From an uncultured Bacillota bacterium (GTDB taxonomy: Bacteria; Bacillota_I; Bacilli_A; RF39; UBA660): 62,999 bases of DNA. Shown in pieces: positions 19,526-29,139 of this stretch. The notes under the pieces are model-generated. The model was not told the DNA's origin, made no database searches, and saw only the letters and a program-made list of their open reading frames with translations. Positions within the stretch are counted from its first letter, which is position 1; each line of letters begins with the position of its first letter. The translations under genes were made by a program, and so were the position numbers. The DNA lies in contig CAMNJS010000001.1 in the NCBI GenBank assembly GCA_946541645.1, forward strand, positions 1 through 62,999, read 5' to 3'.

Positions 19526-21325
19526 ATGAATCAAGAAAACATCCGAAATTTTTCAATAATTGCCCATATAGACCATGGCAAAAGCACAATAGCTGATAGA
19601 ATACTAGAACTTACTGGCGCAATTACTGAAAGGGAAAAACAAGATCAATTATTAGATAGTATGGAACTTGAAAGAGAAAGAGGAATTACTATTAAATTAA
19701 ATGCAGTACAGTTAAAATATAATTATAAAAATAATGAATATGTTATGCATTTAATTGATACCCCAGGACATGTCGATTTTTCATATGAAGTATCTAGAAG
19801 TTTAGCTGCCTGTGAAGGGGCTGTTTTAGTCGTAGATGCAGCTCAAGGAATAGAGGCTCAAACTCTTGCTAACGTATATTTAGCTTTAGAAAATGATTTA
19901 ACAATAATTCCTGTTATAAATAAAATAGACCTTCCTAATGCCGACGTTCCAAAAGTAAAAGAAGAATTAATAAACACATTAGGCTTTAAAGAAGAAGAAA
20001 TAATTTTAACAAGTGCCAAAACAGGAGAAGGAATAAAAGAACTAATTGAAGCTATAATTGATAGAGTTCCTGCGCCTAACGGAAATCCAAGCGGTAAATT
20101 ACGCGCCCTAGTTTTTGACAGCTTCTTTGATCCATATAGAGGAGTAGTCGCTTTAGTTAGAATAGTTGACGGTAAAATAAGAGTAAAAGATAAAATAAAA
20201 TTAATGGAGTCAGGAGCATCTCATGATGTGACGGAACTTGGTATAAATAATCCCAAAGAACAAATAAAAGATGAACTAACTACAGGAGAAGTTGGATATA
20301 TATGTGGAAGTATTAAAAGTATAAGAGATATTAAAGTAGGGGATACAATTACCCTAGAAAATAATCCTGCAGATGAAAAACTACCTGGCTATAAGCCAAT
20401 GAAACCAATGGTATTTTGCGGTCTATATCCAGTCGAATCAAACAGATATGCAGATTTAAGAGAGGCGCTAGAAAAATTAAAACTAAATGATGCAGCCTTA
20501 GAATTTATACCAGAGACATCAGAAGCATTAGGCTTTGGTTTTAGATGCGGATTTTTAGGACTATTACATATGGAAATAATTGAAGAAAGAATTGAAAGAG
20601 AATTTAACATAGACTTAATTGCTACAAGCCCATCAGTAGTTTATAAAATCACTAAAACAGATAATGAAGTAATTAATATAGATAGTCCTGCCAAAATGCC
20701 AGATAGACAAAAAATAAAAATCATCGAAGAACCATATATAAGAACTAATATATATGTACCAGCAGAATATATCGGACAAATTATGGAATTATGCCAAAAT
20801 AAAAGAGGAACATATATAAATATAGAATATATAAATACTGAAAGAGTAAATATTCATTATGAAATACCACTTTCAGAAATTGTCTACGATTTTTTTGATA
20901 AACTAAAAGGCGTAACTAGAGGATATGCTTCATTTGACTACGACCTAATAGGATATAAACCAAGTGATTTAGTAAAAATGGACATCTTATTAAATGGAAA
21001 TTCAATAGATGCTCTAAGCTTAATTGTTCATAAAGATTTTGCATATAAAAGAGGAAAAGCCATTGTTGAAGCTCTAAGAAAATTAATACCAAGACAGCTA
21101 TTCGAAGTTCCAATCCAAGCCGTTATTGGTTCCAAAGTAATAGCTAGAACAGACATTAAAGCCCTAAGAAAAAATGTTTTAGCTAAATGCTATGGCGGAG
21201 ACATAACAAGAAAAAGAAAATTACTAGAAAAACAAAAAGAAGGCAAAAAAAGGATGAAAATGGTGGGAAATGTTGAAGTGCCACAAGAAGCATTCTTAGC
21301 CGTCTTAAGTATGGAGGAAGAATAA
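19526..21325 (+). CDS. lepA: Elongation factor 4 (translational GTPase LepA)
   Basis: [16 protein letters not shown] and DTPGHVDF motifs plus the LepA C-terminal domain. ATG at 19526 follows AGGTGA; the track start at 19517 is a GTG. Confidence 0.96.
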   Translation: MNQENIRNFSIIAHIDHGKSTIADRILELTGAITEREKQDQLLDSMELERERGITIKLNAVQLKYNYKNNEYVMHLIDTPGHVDFSYEVSRSLAACEGAVLVVDAAQGIEAQTLANVYLALENDLTIIPVINKIDLPNADVPKVKEELINTLGFKEEEIILTSAKTGEGIKELIEAIIDRVPAPNGNPSGKLRALVFDSFFDPYRGVVALVRIVDGKIRVKDKIKLMESGASHDVTELGINNPKEQIKDELTTGEVGYICGSIKSIRDIKVGDTITLENNPADEKLPGYKPMKPMVFCGLYPVESNRYADLREALEKLKLNDAALEFIPETSEALGFGFRCGFLGLLHMEIIEERIEREFNIDLIATSPSVVYKITKTDNEVINIDSPAKMPDRQKIKIIEEPYIRTNIYVPAEYIGQIMELCQNKRGTYINIEYINTERVNIHYEIPLSEIVYDFFDKLKGVTRGYASFDYDLIGYKPSDLVKMDILLNGNSIDALSLIVHKDFAYKRGKAIVEALRKLIPRQLFEVPIQAVIGSKVIARTDIKALRKNVLAKCYGGDITRKRKLLEKQKEGKKRMKMVGNVEVPQEAFLAVLSMEEE

Positions 21326-21327
21326 TT

Positions 21328-21588
21328 ATGAATGGACCATCAGGAGAAAAAAAACAAGAAAGTATAAGTAGAGCTAAAGCTTATGAAAATGGGAATCTAG
21401 AATTTAAATATCTTCATCCAGTTGACTTACTATACGTAAGAAAAAATGGCAAAAGAATTTTGAAAATTGAAAGAGCAAGACGAATTTTATTTGCCGTTGT
21501 TCTAGCAGGCGCTAGTGATTATGATATTGAAGATAGGACAATTATAGACATATATGAAGAATATAAGAAAAAAGGAAAAACAATATGA
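21328..21588 (+). CDS. Hypothetical 86-aa protein, translationally coupled between lepA and hemW
   Basis: Starts 2 nt after the lepA stop behind GGAGGAAG; its stop overlaps the hemW ATG (ATGA). Confidence 0.5.
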   Translation: MNGPSGEKKQESISRAKAYENGNLEFKYLHPVDLLYVRKNGKRILKIERARRILFAVVLAGASDYDIEDRTIIDIYEEYKKKGKTI

Positions 21589-22664
21589 GTATATATATTC
21601 ATATTCCTTTTTGTACAAGTATATGTACATACTGCGATTTTCCTAAAATATTAAAAAACGAAGAGTTTATAGACAAATATTTACTGGAATTAGAAAAAGA
21701 AATCAAAAAAAACTATAAAAATGAAAAAATAGATACACTCTATATCGGCGGAGGTACTCCTACATCATTAAGCATAAAAAAATTAAATAAACTATTTGAA
21801 ATAGTAAAAACTTTTAATTTAAATAAAAACGCTGAAATAACCATAGAAGCAAACTCCGAAGATCTAACAGATGAAAAATTAAAACTACTAAAAAGACACG
21901 TAAACAGATTAAGCATTGGTATTGAAACATTTAATAAAGAAATATTAAAAAAATTAAATAGAACTATAAATATAGATAATTTAAAAAATGCTTTCAAATA
22001 TTTTGATAACGTTAATCTTGACCTAATGTATGGTTTTGAAAATGAAACTATAGAAGACTTAAAAAAAGATTTAGAAAAATTAGTTAAGCTAAATCCCACT
22101 CATATTTCAACATATAGTCTTATTATCGAACCGAACACAAAATTATACATAAATAACTATTCCAAAATAGATGAAGACCTAGATAGAAAAATGTATGACT
22201 ATATAATTAAATATCTAAAAGAAAATAATTATAAACACTATGAAATAAGCAATTTTTCTAAGCCAAATTACGAATCAAAACATAATTTAGTATACTGGAA
22301 TAACAACCACTATTACGGTTTTGGGTTAGGTGCAGGAGGTTATATTGAAAACACAAGATATGAAAACACAAGAAGCTTAACAGAATATTTAAAAGGAAAT
22401 CACAAATTAAATTATCATAATTTAAATAAAAATGAGATAATTCAAAACGAATTTATGCTAGGATTTAGAAAAATAAAAGGAATAAATAAAGAAAGCTTTA
22501 AACAAAGATACAACATAAACATAGATGACATTAAAGAAATCAAAGAATTATTAAAACAAAACCTTTTAAAAGAAGATAAAAAAAACATATACATCAGCAA
22601 AAAATATCTATATACATCAAACGAAATACTTATTAAATTAATTGATTTCGAAGAAAAGTTATGA
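21585..22664 (+). CDS. hemW: Radical SAM heme chaperone HemW (HemN-like)
   Basis: IHIPFCTSICTYCDF (CxxxCxxC) motif and HemN C-terminal domain. lepA-hemN adjacency as in Bacillus. Confidence 0.85.
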   Translation: MSIYIHIPFCTSICTYCDFPKILKNEEFIDKYLLELEKEIKKNYKNEKIDTLYIGGGTPTSLSIKKLNKLFEIVKTFNLNKNAEITIEANSEDLTDEKLKLLKRHVNRLSIGIETFNKEILKKLNRTINIDNLKNAFKYFDNVNLDLMYGFENETIEDLKKDLEKLVKLNPTHISTYSLIIEPNTKLYINNYSKIDEDLDRKMYDYIIKYLKENNYKHYEISNFSKPNYESKHNLVYWNNNHYYGFGLGAGGYIENTRYENTRSLTEYLKGNHKLNYHNLNKNEIIQNEFMLGFRKIKGINKESFKQRYNINIDDIKEIKELLKQNLLKEDKKNIYISKKYLYTSNEILIKLIDFEEKL

Positions 22665-22686
22665 TATATTTATAATAGGTGATGAT

Positions 22687-24363
22687 ATGAAAAATAAAGG
22701 ATTCACATTAGCAGAAATATTAGGAGTAATAGTAATAATAGGATTGTTACTACTATTAGTCGCACCAAACATAATAAATAGAATAAGTTCAAATAAAGAA
22801 AAGGTAAGTAAAACAACTGAAAAAATAATCTATAATGCCGCAAGCACATATGTCGACGAAAATAGTGAAAAATATAAATTAGGAAAAAGATATTGTGTAG
22901 CTATTAAAGACTTAATAAAAGAAGGTAAACTAGCAAGCCCATTAAAAGATCCAGTAACTGGAGATGATTATGAGCCAAAAACATTACTTGTAACAATTTA
23001 TAATAATGGAACAAAAGAGTATGAATTATATGATAATATTGCGGAGTGTGAAACATATTCAAAACTTCCATTTATTCAAATATATGCAGATAACAGTAAA
23101 TGGGAAAAATCAAAAACAGTAACAATAACATATCCAAAGGTAGGAAATGAAGAGTATCCACTAGTAGGAAAAAACTATGCATATCAAGTGCCAGGAAAAA
23201 CGTTAGTAGAAAAAGAAACTGCCTTTGAAAATAATACACAAACAATTACGGGTGTAATGTCAAATGGAGAAGTAACAGCCAGTATGCTATATGGAAATAA
23301 AATAATAACAGCAACAAAAAAAATAAATAAAATTGATAATACTGCGCCAACATGTGATGGTCAAACTGGTGGAAAAACAACATGCACAAAAGATCAAAAT
23401 GTAACGGTAGGTGCAAAGTGTAAAGATGAGCAAAGCGGCTGCACTCAAGATGAATTTACTGCTGTAATTAGTGGTGAAGGAGATACCCAAAAAAAAGAGA
23501 TAACAATATCAGATAATGCCGGAAACACTAATACATGTAATTATACATATAGCAAAAATATAGACACAACAGCCCCAGACATACCACAAATAACAAATCC
23601 TACAAACGGAAACTGGACAAATAGTAATATTAAGCTAACTTTAAAATCAAAAGATACTGGATGCGCTGGAATAGCAAATTATCAGTATACTTATTCAAAT
23701 AGTGCAACAGAAGTAGGAAACAACCACAATACATATTGGGTGAAATATAGTGGAGATTCAGCAAAAGAAACATTTGTAAGTTCAGACTTTAGTGCAGAAC
23801 GTAATCAATATGTCTATGTAAGAGCTTGTGATAGTTTAGGAAATTGCTCAGGCAAATCACAAACAATGATAAAAATTGATAAAACGAGACCAACATGTAG
23901 TACCTCGAAATCAAGTATTGGTTCAGCAAGCGGTGTAAATGTAGCAATAAGTTGCAAAGATGATAGTCATGCGACGACTAATAGCGGTGTTAAAACATGC
24001 GCAGGCACAAATGGCGCATCATCTAGCAAAACAGGTGTCAAAACTACAACCTCATATACGGTAACAGACAAAGCTGGGAATAGTAATACATGTAGTGCGT
24101 CAGTGACCTACGATAGCTGCTATCATGTAGGTTATACATGCGCTTATGGCTGCGATACATGTGGCGGAGATGCATATTCCTGCCCAGAAACAAAATGTGT
24201 AACCACATCTAGCATGAATACATACTGTCCTAACGGTGGAGTATTTGTTGCCGGTCGAGGATGTTGCTATGAAATACCAAAAACATGCTATCATGACACT
24301 TATAGATGTAACTGCAGTAGTTGTCACCATTATGTTAATACATGCAGTGGAGGTTACAAATAG
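22687..24363 (+). CDS. Large modular prepilin-type protein (P3): pilin module + Ig-like repeats + Cys-rich C-terminal module
   Basis: MKNKG|FTLAEILGVIVIIGLLLLLVAP, then a GspG/ComGC-like LIKEGKLASPLKDPVTGDDY. Repeated ID(N/T/K)T(A/R)P...D.AGN..TC modules follow. 14 Cys in the last 81 residues. ATG at 22687 follows AGGTGA. Confidence 0.8.
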   Translation: MKNKGFTLAEILGVIVIIGLLLLLVAPNIINRISSNKEKVSKTTEKIIYNAASTYVDENSEKYKLGKRYCVAIKDLIKEGKLASPLKDPVTGDDYEPKTLLVTIYNNGTKEYELYDNIAECETYSKLPFIQIYADNSKWEKSKTVTITYPKVGNEEYPLVGKNYAYQVPGKTLVEKETAFENNTQTITGVMSNGEVTASMLYGNKIITATKKINKIDNTAPTCDGQTGGKTTCTKDQNVTVGAKCKDEQSGCTQDEFTAVISGEGDTQKKEITISDNAGNTNTCNYTYSKNIDTTAPDIPQITNPTNGNWTNSNIKLTLKSKDTGCAGIANYQYTYSNSATEVGNNHNTYWVKYSGDSAKETFVSSDFSAERNQYVYVRACDSLGNCSGKSQTMIKIDKTRPTCSTSKSSIGSASGVNVAISCKDDSHATTNSGVKTCAGTNGASSSKTGVKTTTSYTVTDKAGNSNTCSASVTYDSCYHVGYTCAYGCDTCGGDAYSCPETKCVTTSSMNTYCPNGGVFVAGRGCCYEIPKTCYHDTYRCNCSSCHHYVNTCSGGYK

Positions 24364-24385
24364 ATGTCAATTTTGACATCTTTTC
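24363..24385 (+). terminator. Rho-independent terminator
   Basis: GATGTC-aatttt-GACATC followed by TTTTC. Confidence 0.6.
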
Positions 24386-24441
24386 TTATGCTTTAAAAAA
24401 CTATAAATAGATGATATAATGTAATTAAAGTGGTGAATGGC

Positions 24442-25011
24442 ATGAAAGAAAATATTTTTGAAAAAGAAATTTCTTATATAAAAAATAATCATTACAAGGA
24501 AAACATTAAAATATTAATAAATTTACTTCCAGACTATTTTTTCAAAGTTGCTGCATCATCAACAGGAAAGTATCATCCAAAATTTGCCTTAGGAGATGGC
24601 GGACTAGTTAGGCATACTAAAGCTGCTGTAAGAATAGCCAACGAACTATTTTTAGATAAGGCATTAAATGATTTTACAGATGATGAAAAAGACATGATTA
24701 TTATGGCACTAATAATGCACGACGGACTAAAACACGGAATAGAAGAAGAAAAATACACAAAATTTGAACATCCTGTGATTATGGCAAACTACATCGAAGA
24801 AAAGAAACATTTATTAACACTTTCAAACGAAGAAATAGAGTTTTTAAAAAATGCTATTATAAGCCATATGGGCCCATGGTGTACAAATCCTTATAGTAAT
24901 ATAATTTTGCCACTACCACAAAATAAATATCAAAAATTTGTCCATTTATGTGATTATCTAGCCAGCAGAAAATTTTTAGATATCACATTTGAAAACAATG
25001 ACATAAAGTAA
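24442..25011 (+). CDS. HD-domain phosphohydrolase (second HD protein in window)
   Basis: GKYHP...LVRHTKAAV...ALIMHDGLKHG motifs. ATG at 24442 follows GTGGTGAA, with upstream TGaTATAAT (24412-24420). Confidence 0.65.
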   Translation: MKENIFEKEISYIKNNHYKENIKILINLLPDYFFKVAASSTGKYHPKFALGDGGLVRHTKAAVRIANELFLDKALNDFTDDEKDMIIMALIMHDGLKHGIEEEKYTKFEHPVIMANYIEEKKHLLTLSNEEIEFLKNAIISHMGPWCTNPYSNIILPLPQNKYQKFVHLCDYLASRKFLDITFENNDIK

Positions 25012-25024
25012 GGGGGAATATATA

Positions 25025-25921
25025 ATGTCAAAATGGGATATAGAATATTTAAAACTATGCAAAGAAATATTAAATGAAGGAGTAAAAAGTCCAAATAGAA
25101 CAGGAATAGACACCTACAAGATACCATCTTATCATTTTAAATTAGATGTAGGTGAAGAATTTCCAATACTTACTACTAAACAAACATATTCAAGACAAGC
25201 ATTCTTAGAAATGCTGTGGATTTACCAAGAAGCTTCAAATGACGTTAGAGATTTACAAAAAGTTGGAGTTCATATATGGGATGAATGGGAAATAGCTGAA
25301 GATGGATACTGGTATGCTAGGCAATATAAAACAGATAAAGATGGGAAGCAAGTATTAGATTTTGACAAAAAATTCTTTGGTAAAGAATATGCTCACACAA
25401 TAGGCACGGCTTATGGATACGTTGTAAAAAAATATGATTTAGCTAACAGAGCAATTAAATTAATAAAGGAAGATCCATTTAATAGAAGAAATGTTATAAG
25501 CCTATGGCAGGAAGCAGATATAGAAAAAGGTGTACTAAAGCCATGTGTTTGGTCAAGTGAATGGGATGTTACTAAAGGCAAACTTAATGCCTGGGTTCAC
25601 CAGCGAAGCTGCGATGTGCCATTAGGGTTACCATTCAATGTTACCCAATATGCAGCCTTACTATATTTATTCGCCAAAGAAGCAAATTTAAAACCAGGGA
25701 CTTTAGATTGGTCAATAAAAGATGCCCAAATATATGAAAACCAAGTATATGGCATAATAACCCAAATTGAAAGAGAAAGCCTTGAACCATTAGAAGCCCC
25801 AACATTATGGATAAATCCTGAAAAACATTTTGGCGAATATGACTTTTCAAAAGAGTGTAAAGATATAAAAGTATTAAATTATAAACACCATGGCCCAATA
25901 AAATTTAAAATAGCTAAATAA
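25025..25921 (+). CDS. thyA: Thymidylate synthase (ThyA, B. subtilis ThyA/ThyP3-like)
   Basis: PILTTKQ, HIWDEW, LKPCVW (catalytic Cys), HQRSCDVPLGLPFNVTQYA (Asn retained) and APTLWINPE...NYKHH motifs. RBS AAGGGGGA. Confidence 0.88.
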   Translation: MSKWDIEYLKLCKEILNEGVKSPNRTGIDTYKIPSYHFKLDVGEEFPILTTKQTYSRQAFLEMLWIYQEASNDVRDLQKVGVHIWDEWEIAEDGYWYARQYKTDKDGKQVLDFDKKFFGKEYAHTIGTAYGYVVKKYDLANRAIKLIKEDPFNRRNVISLWQEADIEKGVLKPCVWSSEWDVTKGKLNAWVHQRSCDVPLGLPFNVTQYAALLYLFAKEANLKPGTLDWSIKDAQIYENQVYGIITQIERESLEPLEAPTLWINPEKHFGEYDFSKECKDIKVLNYKHHGPIKFKIAK

Positions 25922-26400
25922 TGTCTATAAATATTATTGCCGCAGTTGGCAAAAATAACGAATTAGGTAAGGATGGTGATTTGATTTGGAAAATTTCTGA
26001 AGATCTTAAGTTTTTCAAGCAAAAAACAATGGGCCAAGATATAATAATGGGAAGAAAAACATTTGAATCTTTACCTAGAATATTACCAGGAAGAAAACAC
26101 ATAGTTATTACACGAAAACCAGAAATAATACCAGAAGTAGCCGTTTGTGATAATATCCAAGAATTAATAGAAAAATACCAAACCAAAGAAGGATTTATTA
26201 TCGGTGGTGCATCAATCTATAGCCAGTTTATCGAAAATGCATATAAAATATATTTGACAGAAATTGATGCTGAGTGTAAAAAGGCTGACGTATTTTTCCC
26301 GGAATTTAATAAAGAAAATTATATTAGAACAGTATTAGATGAACAATATGATGATGAGCAAAAATTAGAATATAAACACGTTTTATATAAAAGGAGGTAA
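25921..26400 (+). CDS. folA: Dihydrofolate reductase
   Basis: IIAAVGKNNELGKDGDLIW, IMGRKTFESLP and GGASIY motifs. Start overlaps the thyA stop (TAATG). Confidence 0.92.
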   Translation: MSINIIAAVGKNNELGKDGDLIWKISEDLKFFKQKTMGQDIIMGRKTFESLPRILPGRKHIVITRKPEIIPEVAVCDNIQELIEKYQTKEGFIIGGASIYSQFIENAYKIYLTEIDAECKKADVFFPEFNKENYIRTVLDEQYDDEQKLEYKHVLYKRR

Positions 26401-26403
26401 TAT

Positions 26404-27087
26404 ATGAAAGGAAAATTAATAGCCATTGAAGGAACAGACTGTTCAGGAAAAGAAACCCAAACTAATTTACTTATAAAAAAGTTAAGAGAAGATGGGTATT
26501 CTGTACAAAACTTTAGTTTTCCAAACTATAATTCACCAACAGGCAAAATTATTGGAGGGCCATATTTAGGCAAAGAATATATTGAAAAAAGCTATTTTGA
26601 AGAAGGCGCTGTTAATGTTGATCCAAAAGTTGCATCATTATACTATGCAGCAGATAGAAAATATAATATAGATAAAATAATCTTTTTATTAGAAAACGGC
26701 TATAATATCATATTAGATAGATATATTTATTCCAATATGGCTCATCAAGGAGGAAAGATAAAAGAAAAAAACGCAAGAGAAGAAATGTACAATTTTCTTG
26801 AAAAGCTAGAATTTGATTTAATGGAACTTCCAAAACCAGATATTACCATATTCCTTCATATGCCATTAGAAGCTGCAAAAGAACTGAAAAAAAACAGAAA
26901 AGAAGCTCCAGATGAGCATGAAAAAGACGAAAACCACCTAAAAATGGCCGAAGACTCATACTTAGAATTAGCCAAAAGATATAACTTTGAGGTCATTGAA
27001 TGTGCGCATGAAAATAAACCGAAAACAATTGAAGAAATTCATAAAAAAGTATACGAAAAAATAAAACCACTTCTTGTTCATAAATAG
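26404..27087 (+). CDS. tmk: Thymidylate (dTMP) kinase family protein, divergent P-loop
   Basis: IAIEGTDCSGKETQ P-loop and ILDRYIYSN (DRY) motif, 227 aa. Confidence 0.7.
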   Translation: MKGKLIAIEGTDCSGKETQTNLLIKKLREDGYSVQNFSFPNYNSPTGKIIGGPYLGKEYIEKSYFEEGAVNVDPKVASLYYAADRKYNIDKIIFLLENGYNIILDRYIYSNMAHQGGKIKEKNAREEMYNFLEKLEFDLMELPKPDITIFLHMPLEAAKELKKNRKEAPDEHEKDENHLKMAEDSYLELAKRYNFEVIECAHENKPKTIEEIHKKVYEKIKPLLVHK

Positions 27088-27111
27088 CCTATTAAAAAAT
27101 AGGCTTTTTTA
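27086..27111 (+). terminator. Rho-independent terminator
   Basis: AGCCTATT-aaaa-AATAGGCT followed by TTTTTT. Confidence 0.8.
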
Positions 27112-27155
27112 ATAATTTAGATATAAAAACAAACGTATATTATCATGGTGATAAT

Positions 27156-27767
27156 ATGAAAATAATTGCGCACCGAGGTAATGATAAAGTCAATAAAGAA
27201 AACAGTAAAAAAGCTATATTAAATAGTTTAAACAAAAAATATATAGACGGCGTAGAATTTGACATAAGGCTCACTAAAGATAATAAATTTATTATAAACC
27301 ACGATCCGTTTTACGGTGGATATTATATTAAAAATACAAACTCTAAAACTCTTCAAAAACTAGGATTAAACACATTAGAAGAAGTATTATCAAAAATAAA
27401 CGAAAATAAAATTTTACTAATAGAAATTAAAGAAGAAAACAACATAAAAAAAACAGCCAAACACCTGTACAATACTATATCAAAATACAAGCTTAACATA
27501 TACATATGTAGCTTCAATTATACGTTTCTAAAATATTTCCATGAAAAATATAAAAATATTAAATGTGGACTAATTATAGGAGCTAAAATAAATAAAAAAT
27601 ATATTGTAAATGATTTTGAATTTAATTCAATAAGCTATAAATATAAAGGAAATATTCCAAATAAAGAAACGTTCATATGGACCGTAAACAAGCCAGAATA
27701 TATAAAAAATAAAGATGAAAACATTATTACCGATAATGCTGAAGAAATATATGAATATTTAAAATAA
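27156..27767 (+). CDS. Glycerophosphodiester phosphodiesterase family protein
   Basis: IAHRG...EN and GVEFDIRLTKDNKFIINHD motifs. Confidence 0.75.
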   Translation: MKIIAHRGNDKVNKENSKKAILNSLNKKYIDGVEFDIRLTKDNKFIINHDPFYGGYYIKNTNSKTLQKLGLNTLEEVLSKINENKILLIEIKEENNIKKTAKHLYNTISKYKLNIYICSFNYTFLKYFHEKYKNIKCGLIIGAKINKKYIVNDFEFNSISYKYKGNIPNKETFIWTVNKPEYIKNKDENIITDNAEEIYEYLK

Positions 27768-28229
27768 TTTTATTTTTTCACAAAATATTAAAGCCTCACT
27801 ATCTACAGAATTAATAATAGCAATAATCTTCTTAGTTATTTTACGCTTCCCAATAGCAATTATAACACTTCCACTTGAAGTAAAAACCTTATAACAAATT
27901 AAATTATTACGCTTAAATTTATAAATTAAAGAAGAAGTATTTTCTTCTTTTACTTTAATTACAAATAGATTAGTTCCTAAAGCAATCTTTTCTTCAATAA
28001 ACGAGCCTAAATACGAGCCCACTAAAGCACCTAAAGCAAAAGCAATAACCTTTCCAAAATCATTAAAAAAATCTATTAATACACTACCAGAAAGTATAAC
28101 CCAAATAATTGTGCATATAAATTGTAATATAGCTCCAAGCACCTTCTTACCATTACTCACAACAATTAATCTCAATGTGGCTAGTGCATCTTCAATAATC
28201 TTAAAAACAAAAATAGCAGTATACACCAT
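27759..28229 (-). CDS. UPF0316 / DUF2179 membrane protein
   Basis: Three TM helices plus a C-terminal DUF2179-like domain. ATG at 28229 follows TAGGTGA. Confidence 0.55.
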   Translation of the reverse strand: MVYTAIFVFKIIEDALATLRLIVVSNGKKVLGAILQFICTIIWVILSGSVLIDFFNDFGKVIAFALGALVGSYLGSFIEEKIALGTNLFVIKVKEENTSSLIYKFKRNNLICYKVFTSSGSVIIAIGKRKITKKIIAIINSVDSEALIFCEKIKLF

Positions 28230-28328
28230 CTTGAAATCACCTAACAATATTGTGTTTAAAAGAAATAAAAAATATACAAATTTGCCTTAAAAAAGAAAAT
28301 AATATATAATTTAAAAAGGAGGCACAGT

Positions 28329-28757
28329 ATGATAATAGATTTAATGCCGCTAAATTCCGGACTTACAGAGGAAATATATATAAATGAAAATCTTTCATTT
28401 TCAAAAGAAGATTTAAAAGACACAGATATCATTGAGTTAAAAGATGTAAATGTAAAAGGAACCATATATAATGGAAGTTTAAATGAGTATAATTTAAATT
28501 TAAATGTAAAAGGTAAAATGATTCTTCCATGTTCTAGAACCTTAAAACCAACACAGCACGATTTTGATATCGAAATTACCGAGAATATAGAAGAAAACGA
28601 AGAAAATTTTAAAAAAAGCCAAAAAAGTATTGATATTTTTCCAATAATATGGGAAAATATACTAATGGAAATTCCCATTAGAATTATTAATCCCGAAGCT
28701 CAAAATATTGAAATAAAAGGTGATGGATGGGAACTTATAACTGATAGCGAAAAATAA
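28329..28757 (+). CDS. YceD-family (DUF177) protein
   Basis: Size, the C..R...P pattern (LPCSRTLKP) and its position immediately upstream of rpmF. Confidence 0.7.
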   Translation: MIIDLMPLNSGLTEEIYINENLSFSKEDLKDTDIIELKDVNVKGTIYNGSLNEYNLNLNVKGKMILPCSRTLKPTQHDFDIEITENIEENEENFKKSQKSIDIFPIIWENILMEIPIRIINPEAQNIEIKGDGWELITDSEK

Positions 28758-28807
28758 AGGCCACTTGCCTTAGCTAAGTTAAAAGATAAATAATAGGAGG
28801 TGTTAAA

Positions 28808-28993
28808 ATGGCTGTACCAGCTAGAAAAGTTAGTAAAACTAGTGGAAGAATGCGTCGTACTCATTATAAAATAAGTGAAAAAACTGTTACTGTATGTCCA
28901 AAATGTGGCGCACCAGTAAAACCACACAGAGTATGTAAAAAATGCGGAACTTATAAAGGAAAAGAAATAATAAAAAAAGAAACAGCTGAATAA
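28808..28993 (+). CDS. rpmF: 50S ribosomal protein L32 (zinc-ribbon form)
   Basis: MAVPARKVSKTSGRMRRTH... and CPKCG...CKKCG motifs. Confidence 0.95.
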   Translation: MAVPARKVSKTSGRMRRTHYKISEKTVTVCPKCGAPVKPHRVCKKCGTYKGKEIIKKETAE

Positions 28994-29013
28994 TTTATTC
29001 AAGCTGTTTTTTT
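28982..29013 (+). terminator. Rho-independent terminator
   Basis: ACAGCTGAA...TTCAAGCTGT followed by T7. Confidence 0.65.
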
Positions 29014-29139
29014 ATATAAATTATTATATTTAAAAACTATAACATAAATCAATACGAATTTTTCTAAAATAATATTTCAAAAAATAGCCATTAAAATAGT
29101 TAAAATATTCGTTTATACATAAAGATAAAATATAATGTT

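Noticed and set aside
18474-24385. Pilin-like genes as integron cassettes or prophage cargo
   Set aside because: No integrase, recombinase, attC-like imperfect inverted repeats or phage structural genes occur nearby. The flanks are intact core genes.
25025-25921. Possibility that the ThyA homolog is a dCMP/dUMP hydroxymethylase, implying modified DNA bases
   Set aside because: The pyrimidine-selecting residue in PLGLPFNVTQYA is Asn, as in thymidylate synthases, not Asp. The adjacent folA fits a normal TS/DHFR cycle.
28256-29002. Two minus-strand ORFs (140 aa and 100 aa)
   Set aside because: They are antisense shadows of the yceD-like gene and rpmF, whose identities are secure. Their composition is low-complexity F/S/I-rich.
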